Part shown: positions 51,319 through 61,902 of the stretch, piece after piece
How the letters are laid out: each line of letters begins with the position of its first letter
How positions within the stretch are numbered: the stretch's first letter is position 1
Translations under genes and position numbers: made by a program
Source of the DNA: Bacteroidales bacterium
GTDB taxonomy: Bacteria > Bacteroidota > Bacteroidia > Bacteroidales > VadinHA17
Reading direction: 5' to 3'
Assembly (NCBI GenBank): GCA_038252165.1
Contig: JBBSAP010000004.1
Coordinates: forward strand, 16,504 to 80,503
DNA length: 64,000 bases
The notes under the pieces: generated by a model
What the model was told of the DNA's origin: nothing
Database searches by the model: none
What the model saw: the letters and a program-made list of their open reading frames with translations, nothing else

Positions 51319-52602
51319 TCAATCAATCCTGCACAGGTACTTTTCTGTCCTGAGAATTACTGAATTCCTTATGAAAGCAGGCGTGGCCCATATACCTGAA
51401 TCCATCTGATTTTGTGTAATTACATTGTAATTACGTCCGGGCCTGACAGCGAGCACATCTCCTTTTATTGAAAAGAACCAGACATTACCCCCTGCGAATA
51501 TTGGAGAAGCATTATGATCAGCCCTCAGTCGCTCCGACCAGATCTCCTTTCCTGTTGCGGCATCAATGCACATAAGATTATTTCTGGAAGTTACAGTGTA
51601 GATAAGTCCTTCCTTTATTACCGGAGTCAGTATTTGTGTATGCGATTGATCGTCCCTCTTCTTCCAGATAATATTTGTGGCTGTGATGTCTCCATTGCCG
51701 TCAGGGTTGACTGCAAACATTTCGGTATAGGTGCCACCGGCCGGACTATCGACAGAACCTGTATAAAAAAAGACTTTCCCCTTTTCGTAAAATGGCATTG
51801 GCACTGTCGATTCAGCACCTCCTGTTACCCGCCAGACCTCTTTCCCTGTGAGCGGATCATAGGCACAGCAGACTGCTGAACCGTTTGAAATTAAAAGGTC
51901 CTTACCCTTGACATTGATAATCAAGGGAGTGACATATGATTTTTTACCAATACTGGCAAGGGATCGATAAGGCTCATCAGGTCGGTCAGCCCGCCAGACC
52001 TGTTTGCCGGTCGCTTTGTCAAGAGCCACTATATACCTGACATCAGTTCCTTCATAATGAAGAATCAACAGATTTTTGTATATCACCGGTGAAGACCCGG
52101 GACCCTGGACATGATTGCATTTGAGATCGGTGCGCTTCCATACTACCGTTCCGTCGGATGTTTTAATGCATGCAGTACCCTGACTCCCAAAATGAACATA
52201 TACAAAACCATTTTCAATACACGGGGTCGGACTTGCGAAGGTATTGATCCCATGCTTGTCGATCAGGTCATCTACTGTGAATACCTTTACGTCAAAAATA
52301 ATTTTACCGGTTGCAAAATCAGTGCACACTGCATATAGTTCCTTCCCGTCCAAAGTAGCTGTTGTGACCCAGATCTGGTTATCATAGACAACCGGAGAGG
52401 AATGGCCCCTGCCATGGATTTCCGTCTTCCATTTGATATTGGCGTCAGACCAGACAAGAGGAGTTTTCACTTCAGTCGATATGCCATCCAGATTACTACC
52501 CCTGAAATGAGTCCAGTTCTTATCCTGCGAAAAGGAATTTTTAAAACCCGTTAAAAGTATGGCACAGAAAATAAAAAGCCTTGTCAATGTTTTTCCTGTC
52601 AT
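51319..52602 (-). CDS. PQQ-like beta-propeller repeat protein (BamB-like fold)
   Basis: Signal peptide. Repeated GK(E/Q)(I/V)W motifs (GKIIF, GTVVWK, GKQVWR, GKEVWR, GKEIWS). Confidence 0.65.
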   Translation of the reverse strand: MTGKTLTRLFIFCAILLTGFKNSFSQDKNWTHFRGSNLDGISTEVKTPLVWSDANIKWKTEIHGRGHSSPVVYDNQIWVTTATLDGKELYAVCTDFATGKIIFDVKVFTVDDLIDKHGINTFASPTPCIENGFVYVHFGSQGTACIKTSDGTVVWKRTDLKCNHVQGPGSSPVIYKNLLILHYEGTDVRYIVALDKATGKQVWRADRPDEPYRSLASIGKKSYVTPLIINVKGKDLLISNGSAVCCAYDPLTGKEVWRVTGGAESTVPMPFYEKGKVFFYTGSVDSPAGGTYTEMFAVNPDGNGDITATNIIWKKRDDQSHTQILTPVIKEGLIYTVTSRNNLMCIDAATGKEIWSERLRADHNASPIFAGGNVWFFSIKGDVLAVRPGRNYNVITQNQMDSGIWATPAFIRNSVILRTEKYLCRID

Positions 52603-52606
52603 TTGT

Positions 52607-54856
52607 CTATTTTTTGAATATTTTTCTAAAAAACTTTTTTATCTTTCTTTCGACCTTTCTTTCAGTCCCATCATAATCTTTTTTGTCCTTTTCAAAGATA
52701 TCAATTATCATGTCAAAAAGGTTCTTTTTCTTAAAGTCAGGACAATCCAGTGCGTTAGCCAGTTCCGGAGGCAGATCAGGAAAACCGGTAATAAGTCTTT
52801 GCTTTAGAATAGGATCTTGCTTCACCTTTCTCAGTGTCAACGCTACCAGAGGAAGTGCGAGCGCGCTCCCTGAGCCGTTTGATCCGCTGTTAAAATGAAT
52901 TGCCCTTGATGAAGCCCCTGCTCTTGACACCATAACAAGCCTGGGATTAAAAGCAGCAAACCATGCATCTGAATAATCCTGTGAGGTCCCGGTTTTACCA
53001 GCCAGAGGAAAATCGACACCATAAACGCTGCCCATAGAAACCCCTGTCCCTTCCCTGATTGCCTTCTGTAGCATTGCACTCATCAGCAGGCTCGATTTTT
53101 CAGTCATTATCCTGATTTTCTCCGGTGTCATTTCATTAGTGTAGATAACCTCTCCTTCAGGAGTTTTAATCGATCTGACACACCAGGGCCTTATCCGGTA
53201 GCCTCCGTTGGCAATTGAAGAATAAGCCACAGCAACCTCCTTAATGTTCGCTTCGGCCGTTCCCATAGAAAGGGAGGGAGTATTATCGAGAGTAAATGAA
53301 AAACCCATGTCGTTCCACATTGAATTGACCCTGTTAAAACCAATTTCAAGATAAAGGCTGAAGGTTGGTATATTCATGGAATGGGCCAATGCTCCTGATA
53401 ATGAATACTTCCCACCGAAGGAATGATCAAAGTTCTCAGGGCTCCAGTCATCGAATCCTGACAGGGAAATTGAGTCGTTATTAAGATACTGACACGGCTC
53501 AAATCCTTCTTCAAGTGCTGCAGTGTACAATACCGGTTTAAAAACAGAAGCAAGCTGGCGCCGGGCAAGCACCTGATCATAAGGCTGGGTTTTAAAATCG
53601 ATCCCGCCGACCCATGCTTTAATTCCGCCTGCAACAGGATCCATTGCCATAAGTCCGGCATGAAGTATTGTGAGGGATCGCCTCAGGCTGTCAGCCACTG
53701 TAATTGAATCAGTATAGGCGCCATTCCAATCAAATATCTCCTGAAACCTTTTTTCACCGCCCCGCTCCTCCAGGTTAAGTCTTTTCATCTCTCTGACTGC
53801 AACCTGGTCAAGTATCCTTTTTCCCGAGGCACTATGATATTGCTCATTAAGCCTTTTCTGCATCCTTGACAAATGCTCGCGAAAAGAGAGATTCGCATAA
53901 TTCTGAAGAGAGAGGTTCACTGTAGTTGTGATTATTAATCCATCTTTTTCAAGGTCCCACCTCCTCCCATCTGCAGAACTCAGGTTTTGCAGAATATCCT
54001 CTATTTCATTTCTGGCCTGGATCATAAAATATTCGGCAATTCCCGCCGATCCGGATTTTTTATAATCAATTATCATCGGCAGTTTTGAAAGCGAATCGGC
54101 ATCTTTTGCTTCAAGATATTTATATTTTTCCATCTGATTAAGGACAACATTGCGCCTGATCTTTGCATTTTCGGGATGGAGGCGGGGATTGTAGAAGGTA
54201 TTGGCCTTAAGCATTCCGATCAGTACCGCTGATTCTTCCATTTTCAGAGATACCGTGCTTTTATTAAAAAACCTTGCCGAAGCCGCTTCAATGCCGTAAA
54301 CATTTTCACCGAATGATACAGTATTCAGGTATAGTGTCAGAATTTCATTTTTGCTGAACACTTTTTCAAGCCGGCGTGCCATTTTTGCTTCACTTATTTT
54401 ACTTCTGAACACGGGTAGCAGGCCTTTGTTTTTTCGGCCGAACATGTTTTTAGCAAGCTGCTGTGTTATAGTGCTTCCACCGCCGGAACTGTGTTTATTC
54501 ATCAGGATTGTCTTTAACAGGACCCTGAAAAAACTCTTTGCATCATTCCCCTTATGCTCGTAGAAACGGATATCTTCAGTGGCAATAAGTGCATCTATAA
54601 GATGTTTAGGGATCTGGTCGAATGAGATGTTGGTCCGGTTCTCAAATAAATACTTCCCAAGGAGCTCTCCATCCTCAGACAATACGAGAGAGGCATTGGC
54701 ATTTTTAAAATTAAGTAATTCTTCTTTGCTCCTGGCATGGCTGCATGATGATACGGCAAAAATGGCAGCAACCATCAATGCAACAAGGATGCTTTGCCTC
54801 TTCGTTGCTTCTGCCTTACTCATAATCAACCATAGCTGATAAATTATTTTCTTCAA
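52607..54856 (-). CDS. class A penicillin-binding protein (PBP1A-type transglycosylase/transpeptidase)
   Basis: GT51 motifs ATEDIRFYEHKG and GGSTITQQLAKN. Transpeptidase motifs SVFKP (SxxK) and KTGTS. Confidence 0.85.
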   Translation of the reverse strand: MKKIIYQLWLIMSKAEATKRQSILVALMVAAIFAVSSCSHARSKEELLNFKNANASLVLSEDGELLGKYLFENRTNISFDQIPKHLIDALIATEDIRFYEHKGNDAKSFFRVLLKTILMNKHSSGGGSTITQQLAKNMFGRKNKGLLPVFRSKISEAKMARRLEKVFSKNEILTLYLNTVSFGENVYGIEAASARFFNKSTVSLKMEESAVLIGMLKANTFYNPRLHPENAKIRRNVVLNQMEKYKYLEAKDADSLSKLPMIIDYKKSGSAGIAEYFMIQARNEIEDILQNLSSADGRRWDLEKDGLIITTTVNLSLQNYANLSFREHLSRMQKRLNEQYHSASGKRILDQVAVREMKRLNLEERGGEKRFQEIFDWNGAYTDSITVADSLRRSLTILHAGLMAMDPVAGGIKAWVGGIDFKTQPYDQVLARRQLASVFKPVLYTAALEEGFEPCQYLNNDSISLSGFDDWSPENFDHSFGGKYSLSGALAHSMNIPTFSLYLEIGFNRVNSMWNDMGFSFTLDNTPSLSMGTAEANIKEVAVAYSSIANGGYRIRPWCVRSIKTPEGEVIYTNEMTPEKIRIMTEKSSLLMSAMLQKAIREGTGVSMGSVYGVDFPLAGKTGTSQDYSDAWFAAFNPRLVMVSRAGASSRAIHFNSGSNGSGSALALPLVALTLRKVKQDPILKQRLITGFPDLPPELANALDCPDFKKKNLFDMIIDIFEKDKKDYDGTERKVERKIKKFFRKIFKK

Positions 54857-55016
54857 AGTAACTTTAAATCCTGTTCAGGACAAAAAAATTAGTTAAAAGT
54901 TTAAAGCAAGTGTCAGAAATACACGTGAAAATCAATTAATACTGGTTACCTTTCGCAAGGATGACCTTCTATCGTATAATTGATTATCTCAACGTTTAAT
55001 TAAAACAATATAAGCA

Positions 55017-55604
55017 ATGGCAAATTTTATTGACGAATTCATGAAGAACTATGGTCCTGAGGTAACTAAAAATATGTCTGCTACCTATGGCCTTGACCAG
55101 GGGACCGTTCAGAAGCTTATCCCGCAATTGGCTCCGCTCATTCTGGGAGGATTGAAAAGGCAAAAAGATGACCAGGGTGGTGATGCCAGAGTTGATCACA
55201 TTCTTACCAAATATGGAGATCAGTCGGTACTTGGCAATATCAAGGACCTTATTTCCTCCAAAGCAAATGATCCGCAAGCTGATGCAAATCTTGGAGGATT
55301 GCTGGGTACAGGAGGTGGAGTTCAGGCCGCCCAGGCGCTTGGTAAATCAATGGGTGTAAATGCCTCCACTATAATGAAGATGATCCCGGCTCTAGCTCCC
55401 CTTATTCTTGGCGCGTTGTCAAAGAAACGTGATACTGGCAATTCTGGTATAGGAGGCATAGGTTCGCTTCTGGATGCAGATGGCGATGGCAGTATACTTG
55501 ATGATGTTGCCGGCTTTATCCTGAAAGGCGGATCAGGACAGGCAACAAAAGGGAAGGGTGTTTTAGGATCAATTCTCGGTGGATTGTTCGGTACAAAAAG
55601 ATAA
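55017..55604 (+). CDS. DUF937 domain-containing protein
   Basis: Duplicated (L/M)IPxLAPLILG(G/A)L motif and Gly-rich linkers. Confidence 0.6.
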   Translation: MANFIDEFMKNYGPEVTKNMSATYGLDQGTVQKLIPQLAPLILGGLKRQKDDQGGDARVDHILTKYGDQSVLGNIKDLISSKANDPQADANLGGLLGTGGGVQAAQALGKSMGVNASTIMKMIPALAPLILGALSKKRDTGNSGIGGIGSLLDADGDGSILDDVAGFILKGGSGQATKGKGVLGSILGGLFGTKR

Positions 55605-55621
55605 TAAGTCTTGCTTTTTAC

Positions 55622-55653
55622 ATCCCCCTTTGTTTTTCGAAGGGGGATTTTTT
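55622..55653 (+). terminator. rho-independent terminator
   Basis: 9-bp stem atccccctt / aagggggat with a 9-nt loop, followed by TTTTT. Confidence 0.75.
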
Positions 55654-55784
55654 GTACCCCAACCAAATCCTTATTTTTTTGTTAAATATGTTAAATAAGT
55701 TTAAATCAGGAGAGTGGCATAATTATATTTCATATTTTCGTTCCGGAATTTAAATCTAAATTTAATTAAGTCTGAATTTCCGGA

Positions 55785-57071
55785 ATGAAGAGGACACTTA
55801 TCATAACATTCATAGTCGTTGCGTCAACACTGGTTGCAATGTTTGTAATAAACAAGCTGACAACAAGAACTGACAATGATAAACTTTTTACTGAAGCAAT
55901 TAAGGGAACCTTTGAAATATCAATTTCAGCCTCGGGAGAAATTTTGGCTGAAAATTCGTTTGATATTAAAGCACCGGAAGTAAGCAGGGGAAGGGATTTT
56001 CATGCATCGGACCTTAAGATACAGGATATTGTCCCTGAAGGAACCGAAGTAAAGAAGGGTGATTATATTGCTACTCTCGATAAGACCCAGTTTGACAATA
56101 CATTGAAAGACGAGCGTGAAAGGCTCTCAACTTTCAGGAACAATCTTGAAATGAAGAAGCTTGATACTGCAGTGACCCTTACAGTATTAAGGAATAATAT
56201 AAAAAATCAGATTCACACTCTTGAAGAGGCTGAGATTACATTGCGCAACTCGCGGTTTGAACCCCCCACCACTATCAGGCAGGCTGAAATAGATCTTGAA
56301 CGGCAAAAAAGGCTTCTGGAACAAAGAGAAAGGGGATACCGGCTTAAAGTTGCTCAGGCTAAAAGGGACATTGCCACACAGACTATGTGGTATAACCGTA
56401 TTGACAGAAGAGTGGCAAGCCTTGAAGAAGTCCTTGCCGGTTTTACAATAAAGGCGCCATCGTCGGGTATGGTCGTATATAAAAGAGACCGCCGCGGAAA
56501 CAAAATTAAATCCGGTTCTTCTATCAATCCTAATGAAAGGACTGTTGCCACGCTTCCCGACCTGTCGTCGCTGCTTTCGAAAATATATATAAGCGAGATC
56601 GAGATTACCAAAGTAACCCCCGGATTGAATGTTGAAATCCGGGTTGACGCATTTCCAAATAAACAATTCTCAGGCAAAGTTAATACTATTGCCAACATCG
56701 GAGAGAAGCTTGATAATACCGACACAAAAGTGTTCGAGGTAATGATTAAGCTTGAAGGATCAGATCCCGACCTGCGCCCCTCAATGACAACGAGTAACAA
56801 ATTGATTATAAAAACATTCAGCGATGTTATTTATATTCCAACAGAATGTGTTCATGCAGGAACCGATGGAATACCATATGTTTACACGAAAGACAAAACA
56901 AAGCAGATAGTTATTACCGGCGAATCAAATGATAAAAATATTGTTATCGAACGGGGTTTAAAGCCTAAACAGGCCGTATATTTAATTCAGCCTGAAAATG
57001 CTGAAGGTTTCAAGGTTGCGGGAGAAGAGCTGAAGACTTTGTTTAACGAAAGTGCTAATGCCAGAAGATAG
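55785..57071 (+). CDS. HlyD/MFP-type periplasmic adaptor subunit
   Basis: N-terminal TM anchor, long coiled-coil region and beta-barrel C-terminal region. No cognate pump gene is adjacent. Confidence 0.75.
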   Translation: MKRTLIITFIVVASTLVAMFVINKLTTRTDNDKLFTEAIKGTFEISISASGEILAENSFDIKAPEVSRGRDFHASDLKIQDIVPEGTEVKKGDYIATLDKTQFDNTLKDERERLSTFRNNLEMKKLDTAVTLTVLRNNIKNQIHTLEEAEITLRNSRFEPPTTIRQAEIDLERQKRLLEQRERGYRLKVAQAKRDIATQTMWYNRIDRRVASLEEVLAGFTIKAPSSGMVVYKRDRRGNKIKSGSSINPNERTVATLPDLSSLLSKIYISEIEITKVTPGLNVEIRVDAFPNKQFSGKVNTIANIGEKLDNTDTKVFEVMIKLEGSDPDLRPSMTTSNKLIIKTFSDVIYIPTECVHAGTDGIPYVYTKDKTKQIVITGESNDKNIVIERGLKPKQAVYLIQPENAEGFKVAGEELKTLFNESANARR

Positions 57072-57096
57072 TATTCCCGGTTTTTTCAACCAATAA

Positions 57097-59247
57097 TTAA
57101 TAGTGGATAGGCGGGACCTTTGTGATCTCAGCTTTAAAAGGCTCTTCTGATCCACTCCCTATTTTATAAATCCTTTCATTTGTAATTCTCATTGCCTCTG
57201 AAAGTTCGGGGTAAGGAAGATTCTGGATCGAGACAACACCAATATTATAATTCTCCCCGTCAAATCTTCCATAATAGGGTTGATCGACCCATTGAAAGTA
57301 GTGCATCCCTATCAGTTCAGGACGCGAGAATCCCTGCTCAATATAATTGCGATAAGCTGCTGCCCTCTCATTTTGACTTATAACTCCGGTAATTCCTGTC
57401 GCCGGAAGCGCCCTGTCGACAGCCCCGTGATGGAATTCTCCAATCATCACCGGCTTATTGCTTATCCTGGCTATTTCAGCAGTCGGCGGAGGAGCATACC
57501 CATAACCGTTGATTGAAAAAACATCAAATCGCTCACCTGCCTTGTACAACAGATCAGAGCTCATCCAGGCATAGCGCATGCCAAGATTAAGATGGTTTTT
57601 ATCAACTTTTAATACCTCATCACAAGGAATATCGACATATTTTCTGACCATTACTGTAGAAAAAGAGTAAAAGTCACTGTCGGCAGCTGGTGAAGGGTAA
57701 TCCTTAAAAGTAAGGTCCCTGAGATCATCAAATTTTTCGATTTTCAGATTCCATGACTTATTGTACAACTGAATATCACTGCCATATTTTGAAGTTATCC
57801 ATTTTATAAATTCATCTTTAGTTGCTGATGGCTGTAAGGTGGCAAACATTTCATAGGCAAGGTTATGGTATCCAAAAGCCCATTGAGGTTCGTTTCTGAG
57901 AAAATACCCAATAAGATAAGGATCATCTTTATAATCATTCAATTGACTGGCAAATTCCTCAGAATTCTTCTTGTACTCTTCTGAAAAGACATCGGGGAAA
58001 TCGCGGTAAAGCTGAGTTTTAGTCCCGGGAAAGCGGTTCAGTGGCAGGACATATGCAAGCTTGTTTTCTTTTGCAAAGCTTATCTCTGACCAGTTGCCAA
58101 CTGTATTTATATTAAGATCCCTGAGCATGTCGGCTGTCATTTTGCTCCATCTGGCCTTCCAGTCGCTTCCAAATATTCTGATAAGATTTGCCTTGTAGAA
58201 GTCAACAATCTTTGATTTCTCATTCCCCGAAACTGATTCACCATACCTTGAATCACCTTTTTCAGGAAGCCATTCAAAAAGATCCTCTATTCCGGAAACC
58301 GGACCTGAAGAGGTAGATCTCATGCAGTCTACTCCCACACTCAGAAAGGCATACCCTTCCGGATCAACCAGCCACCATCTCTTTCCATCGTGGTGGGTCC
58401 TGAAAAATCCCGTGGATTTAAACCGTTTCTCTTTCCACCCGCCGTATTTGCTGAATGAACCATTGAATCCTGAACCTGCAATAGATTTTTCGAGTTCAAG
58501 GTTGAGGGAAACGAGTTCCTCCTCATTCCTGATCTTACCCTGCCATTCCTTGCCTATCCTTTGTCCGAAGGAATCAATGATCGGTTCTGTCAGAGGTTCA
58601 AAGGGTTGAGGGAGAGAATCCATAAGTCCTGCTGAGGCTATTTCATATTCAGGTGTGAAATATGGATCGCTATAGGGTCCGAACTTCAAATTAACTTTTA
58701 TTATGTATTCCGGATCCAGCCGGTTTCCGGAAATTGTTCCCTTCAACTGACGTGGTGAACGAGGAATAAATATCTCCTGTGCATCAAGGTAGCTTAAAGG
58801 AAATACCACTTTTGTTTTAAGCAGGGGATTTATCCCCAGAAGGCATGTTAACCATGGAGATTCTTTATCAGTTTGTTCCTCTTCCCCACTCTGAAGGACA
58901 ATTTTTTCAGAAGCCCGGTTTTCTTTATAAAACTCCAGAGTGATCACTCCGCTGTAGTCGTTGTTCCCGAATACTTCTAAGATAAAATAATTTGATTCCT
59001 TCCAGTTTCCGTTGTCACCCCTTTTCCATATTGTCACTGAAGTATTTTCGCCTGACGGCTTCACTTTCAGTACAGGTCCTGAGAATCCCTTTCCATCTCC
59101 GATAACGCAATTACCGGAATTTGCAGATGCTATTCTTTTAAGATTGAATAACTGATTATTATTTTTTAAGGTTTCAGTACAGGATAACAGGAATAAACAA
59201 ACCAGGATTGATCCGGTTTTAGAATACAATGCAGTCAGTTTTTTCAT
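57097..59247 (-). CDS. putative glycoside hydrolase (clan GH-A-like TIM barrel, GH50/GH42-like)
   Basis: Lipoprotein-like leader (ILVCLFLLSC). FLRNEPQW (candidate acid/base) and MIGEFHHG (candidate nucleophile). FQWVDQPYYGRFDGENYNIG resembles agarase-like families. The assignment is tentative. Confidence 0.45.
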   Translation of the reverse strand: MKKLTALYSKTGSILVCLFLLSCTETLKNNNQLFNLKRIASANSGNCVIGDGKGFSGPVLKVKPSGENTSVTIWKRGDNGNWKESNYFILEVFGNNDYSGVITLEFYKENRASEKIVLQSGEEEQTDKESPWLTCLLGINPLLKTKVVFPLSYLDAQEIFIPRSPRQLKGTISGNRLDPEYIIKVNLKFGPYSDPYFTPEYEIASAGLMDSLPQPFEPLTEPIIDSFGQRIGKEWQGKIRNEEELVSLNLELEKSIAGSGFNGSFSKYGGWKEKRFKSTGFFRTHHDGKRWWLVDPEGYAFLSVGVDCMRSTSSGPVSGIEDLFEWLPEKGDSRYGESVSGNEKSKIVDFYKANLIRIFGSDWKARWSKMTADMLRDLNINTVGNWSEISFAKENKLAYVLPLNRFPGTKTQLYRDFPDVFSEEYKKNSEEFASQLNDYKDDPYLIGYFLRNEPQWAFGYHNLAYEMFATLQPSATKDEFIKWITSKYGSDIQLYNKSWNLKIEKFDDLRDLTFKDYPSPAADSDFYSFSTVMVRKYVDIPCDEVLKVDKNHLNLGMRYAWMSSDLLYKAGERFDVFSINGYGYAPPPTAEIARISNKPVMIGEFHHGAVDRALPATGITGVISQNERAAAYRNYIEQGFSRPELIGMHYFQWVDQPYYGRFDGENYNIGVVSIQNLPYPELSEAMRITNERIYKIGSGSEEPFKAEITKVPPIHY

Positions 59248-59318
59248 TTTATTGATTTATAACATTTTATACACAACAGAGAAGGTCGGGTCAAAATAAG
59301 GAAGTCAGAGCTAATGTA

Positions 59319-59353
59319 CAAAAAAAACCGCAAAGCTTTAAATGCTTTGCGGT
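59319..59353 (-). terminator. rho-independent terminator (read on the minus strand)
   Basis: 10-bp stem accgcaaagc / gctttgcggt. The A-run at 59320-59327 gives a T-tail on the minus strand, downstream of the 59381 stop. Confidence 0.7.
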
Positions 59354-59380
59354 CTTAAACAGGGTTATTACTCCTACCGG

Positions 59381-59908
59381 TTATTTCTTATCGTAAACCA
59401 TAGTTGTTTTACGCTCACCACTGGGAGTATTCATTGTTGAAGCGACTGAAAGAGCTGTCGGGCCTGTCAGGCTCCACACCTCAGTTGTTTTCATTTCCGT
59501 CGATTGTCCGTCGCGTTCGAATGTCCTTGTAGTAACAATTGTAAGGGATTTGCCGTCAGCTGACCATGTTGCAATTGATTTGCTTTCGCCTCTCCCTGTG
59601 GTATTAACGCTTACTTTACCATCAAGAGTGTACTTGGTTGTGGTAGTTGTCGCCTGACCATCCTGGCCGGTACGTGTTCTCTCAACTGATAAGAGGTTGG
59701 CATCCTGGGTTGCAGTGAAGTCACCGCCGCCGCCCATTCTCTGACCTCCGCCCTGAGGAGCCTGACCCATGTCGCTCTTAGTGGCATTTAAAGCCCATTT
59801 TCCTGCAAAATTTGCCTTTGATCCCTGAGCATTTAAGGCTATAGGCATGCATAGAAAAGCAAAAAGAACTGCAAAAGACAGTATTTGCATCGTAACATTT
59901 TTCTTCAT
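59381..59908 (-). CDS. hypothetical secreted beta-rich protein with a Gly/Gln-rich loop
   Basis: Start moved to MKKNVTMQILSFAVLFAFLCMPIALNAQ. FAGKWALNATKS, then QAPQGGGQRMGGGGD. Confidence 0.45.
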   Translation of the reverse strand: MKKNVTMQILSFAVLFAFLCMPIALNAQGSKANFAGKWALNATKSDMGQAPQGGGQRMGGGGDFTATQDANLLSVERTRTGQDGQATTTTTKYTLDGKVSVNTTGRGESKSIATWSADGKSLTIVTTRTFERDGQSTEMKTTEVWSLTGPTALSVASTMNTPSGERKTTMVYDKK

Positions 59909-60243
59909 TTTCAATAGAATTTTATTGGTTTGTAATAATAGACAATTAATCAAAGGTAATTATTCCATTTCATCGGATGTTTTTTAAAGCCATCTGTATT
60001 TATTCTTTTCACAATTTTTAACATAGCCGGCTTACTGGTTTTTTTATCCTGACCTCTCCCTTTCTTTTAAAGTTAGTGAAAGGATTTAAATCTATGATAT
60101 ACTGCAATTTCACCGCTTCCCTTAAGCATAAGCTGAGGAGTTGGATGCAGGGTTAATAAGAAATAAAAGGAGAGATGATCTACTACTGATATATTGAATT
60201 TAAAAATCACACAAACAGAGATCATTTAATCAAGTCATTTACT

Positions 60244-60251
60244 TAAATTTG
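60244..60251 (+). promoter_or_regulatory. candidate Bacteroidetes -7 promoter box (TAnnTTTG)
   Basis: taaatttg matches the TAnnTTTG consensus exactly, about 70 nt upstream of the 60322 ATG. I saw no clear -33 TTTG. Confidence 0.2.
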
Positions 60252-60321
60252 ATAAATTACATATGTTTTTTTCTGGCAGATATATTTATACTTCTTTCTA
60301 ACCATATTTAATTATTCAGAA

Positions 60322-61821
60322 ATGCCAACTTCAAAAAAAATCAACCGGCGTGAATTCCTGGGATCTGCAGCAACAGCTTCCCTTGCAATTACAATAGTAC
60401 CAAGACAAGTTCTTGGTGGACCTGGCTATGTTGCACCCAGCGACAAACTAACTCTTGGATACATAGGATGCGGTACCCAGGGAATAAGGGAAATGGCTGA
60501 AATAATTACAAATCCATTTCTTCAGATTGTAGCTGTATGCGATCCGAACAAATACTCAGAAAACTATGTTGACTGGTCTCAGAATGATGTTCGCAACACT
60601 ATGAGAAAAGCGACAGGCGAGGCTTCATGGGGAGAATCAATCAAGGGTATACCCGGAGGAAGAGACATCGGTCTTGAATTGGTTACAAAATACTATGGGA
60701 AATCGAAAGATTCAGGCACTTTCAAAGGATGTAATTCTTATGAGGATTTCAGGGAACTACTCGAGAAAGAGAAAGATCTGAATTCAATAAAGATTATGAC
60801 TCCCGATCATCTTCATGGGACTGTAGCAATACTTTCAATGAGAAAAGGAAAGCAGGTAGTTACACATAAACCAATTGCGAACAGAATGTATGAGGCAAAG
60901 CTGGCTATCGATACAGCCAAAAAAACCGGGTTGCAGACAAATCTGCTCGCATGGAGCGACAAACCTGACAATTTAAAAATTAAAAAGTGGATTAAAGATG
61001 GCGCAATCGGGACACTGAAGGAGATACATAACTGGTCGAACAGACCAATGTGGCCGCAATGGCAGTCCAATCCAACCGACACCCCTCCTGTTCCAAAAGA
61101 CCTTAACTGGAACCTGTGGCTTGGACCAGTTCCTGACAGGCCATATCATCCAAATTATACAAACGCTGTTTTCCGCGGATGGTATGATTTTGGAGCAGGA
61201 AGTATTGCCGATATGGGACATTACAGCCTCTTCCCATTGTTTCTTACACTTGGCATCAATACTCCGGCAATAGCTGCAGAATCATATGCTACAACTACAT
61301 GCGCTCTGGAGGGAAATGTTTCAGTCGGTGTAAGAAATGATGTTGCATTTCCTTTATCATGTATAATCAGGTTTAAATTCGCGGCTCAGGCGGACCTTCC
61401 TCCATTTGAACTTTTCTGGTACGATGGCGGAATGAAACCTCTTGTACCTGAATTACCAACAGGCCCTCTGACCCGTGAAGGTTTGATGTTTGTCGGCGAT
61501 AAAGGTAGAATTGTAGCCCAGTTCAGAGGAGAGAAACCGGTATTAATCGTTGACAATAAAATTGTTCCGGAAACAACTGCTCCTGTACAACCGAATGAAC
61601 AGAACAGAGATGAAGCCTGGATAAACGCTTTTAAAAATAAGACCGAGTCGCCTGGTAGTTTTGTTTTTGCCGGACCAGTAACCGAAACAATACTTCTGGG
61701 TGCAGTGGCTCTAAGAACAGGTAAAACAGTGGAATATGATTCCGCAAACATGAAAATTACCAATATTCCTGACGCAAATAAATACCTGACAAGGGAATAC
61801 CGCCAGGGATGGGAACTTTGA
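60322..61821 (+). CDS. TAT-signal Gfo/Idh/MocA family oxidoreductase
   Basis: NRREFLGSAATASLAI leader and Rossmann region. Shares LNWNLWLGP with the 16285 paralogue. Confidence 0.85.
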   Translation: MPTSKKINRREFLGSAATASLAITIVPRQVLGGPGYVAPSDKLTLGYIGCGTQGIREMAEIITNPFLQIVAVCDPNKYSENYVDWSQNDVRNTMRKATGEASWGESIKGIPGGRDIGLELVTKYYGKSKDSGTFKGCNSYEDFRELLEKEKDLNSIKIMTPDHLHGTVAILSMRKGKQVVTHKPIANRMYEAKLAIDTAKKTGLQTNLLAWSDKPDNLKIKKWIKDGAIGTLKEIHNWSNRPMWPQWQSNPTDTPPVPKDLNWNLWLGPVPDRPYHPNYTNAVFRGWYDFGAGSIADMGHYSLFPLFLTLGINTPAIAAESYATTTCALEGNVSVGVRNDVAFPLSCIIRFKFAAQADLPPFELFWYDGGMKPLVPELPTGPLTREGLMFVGDKGRIVAQFRGEKPVLIVDNKIVPETTAPVQPNEQNRDEAWINAFKNKTESPGSFVFAGPVTETILLGAVALRTGKTVEYDSANMKITNIPDANKYLTREYRQGWEL

Positions 61822-61902
61822 TTGTGGATGTTGTATAATTAAGAGCTTTTTCATATCTTGCGGAGCTTTAAAAACAATATTTAATTTAAAACTATTACAG
61901 AT

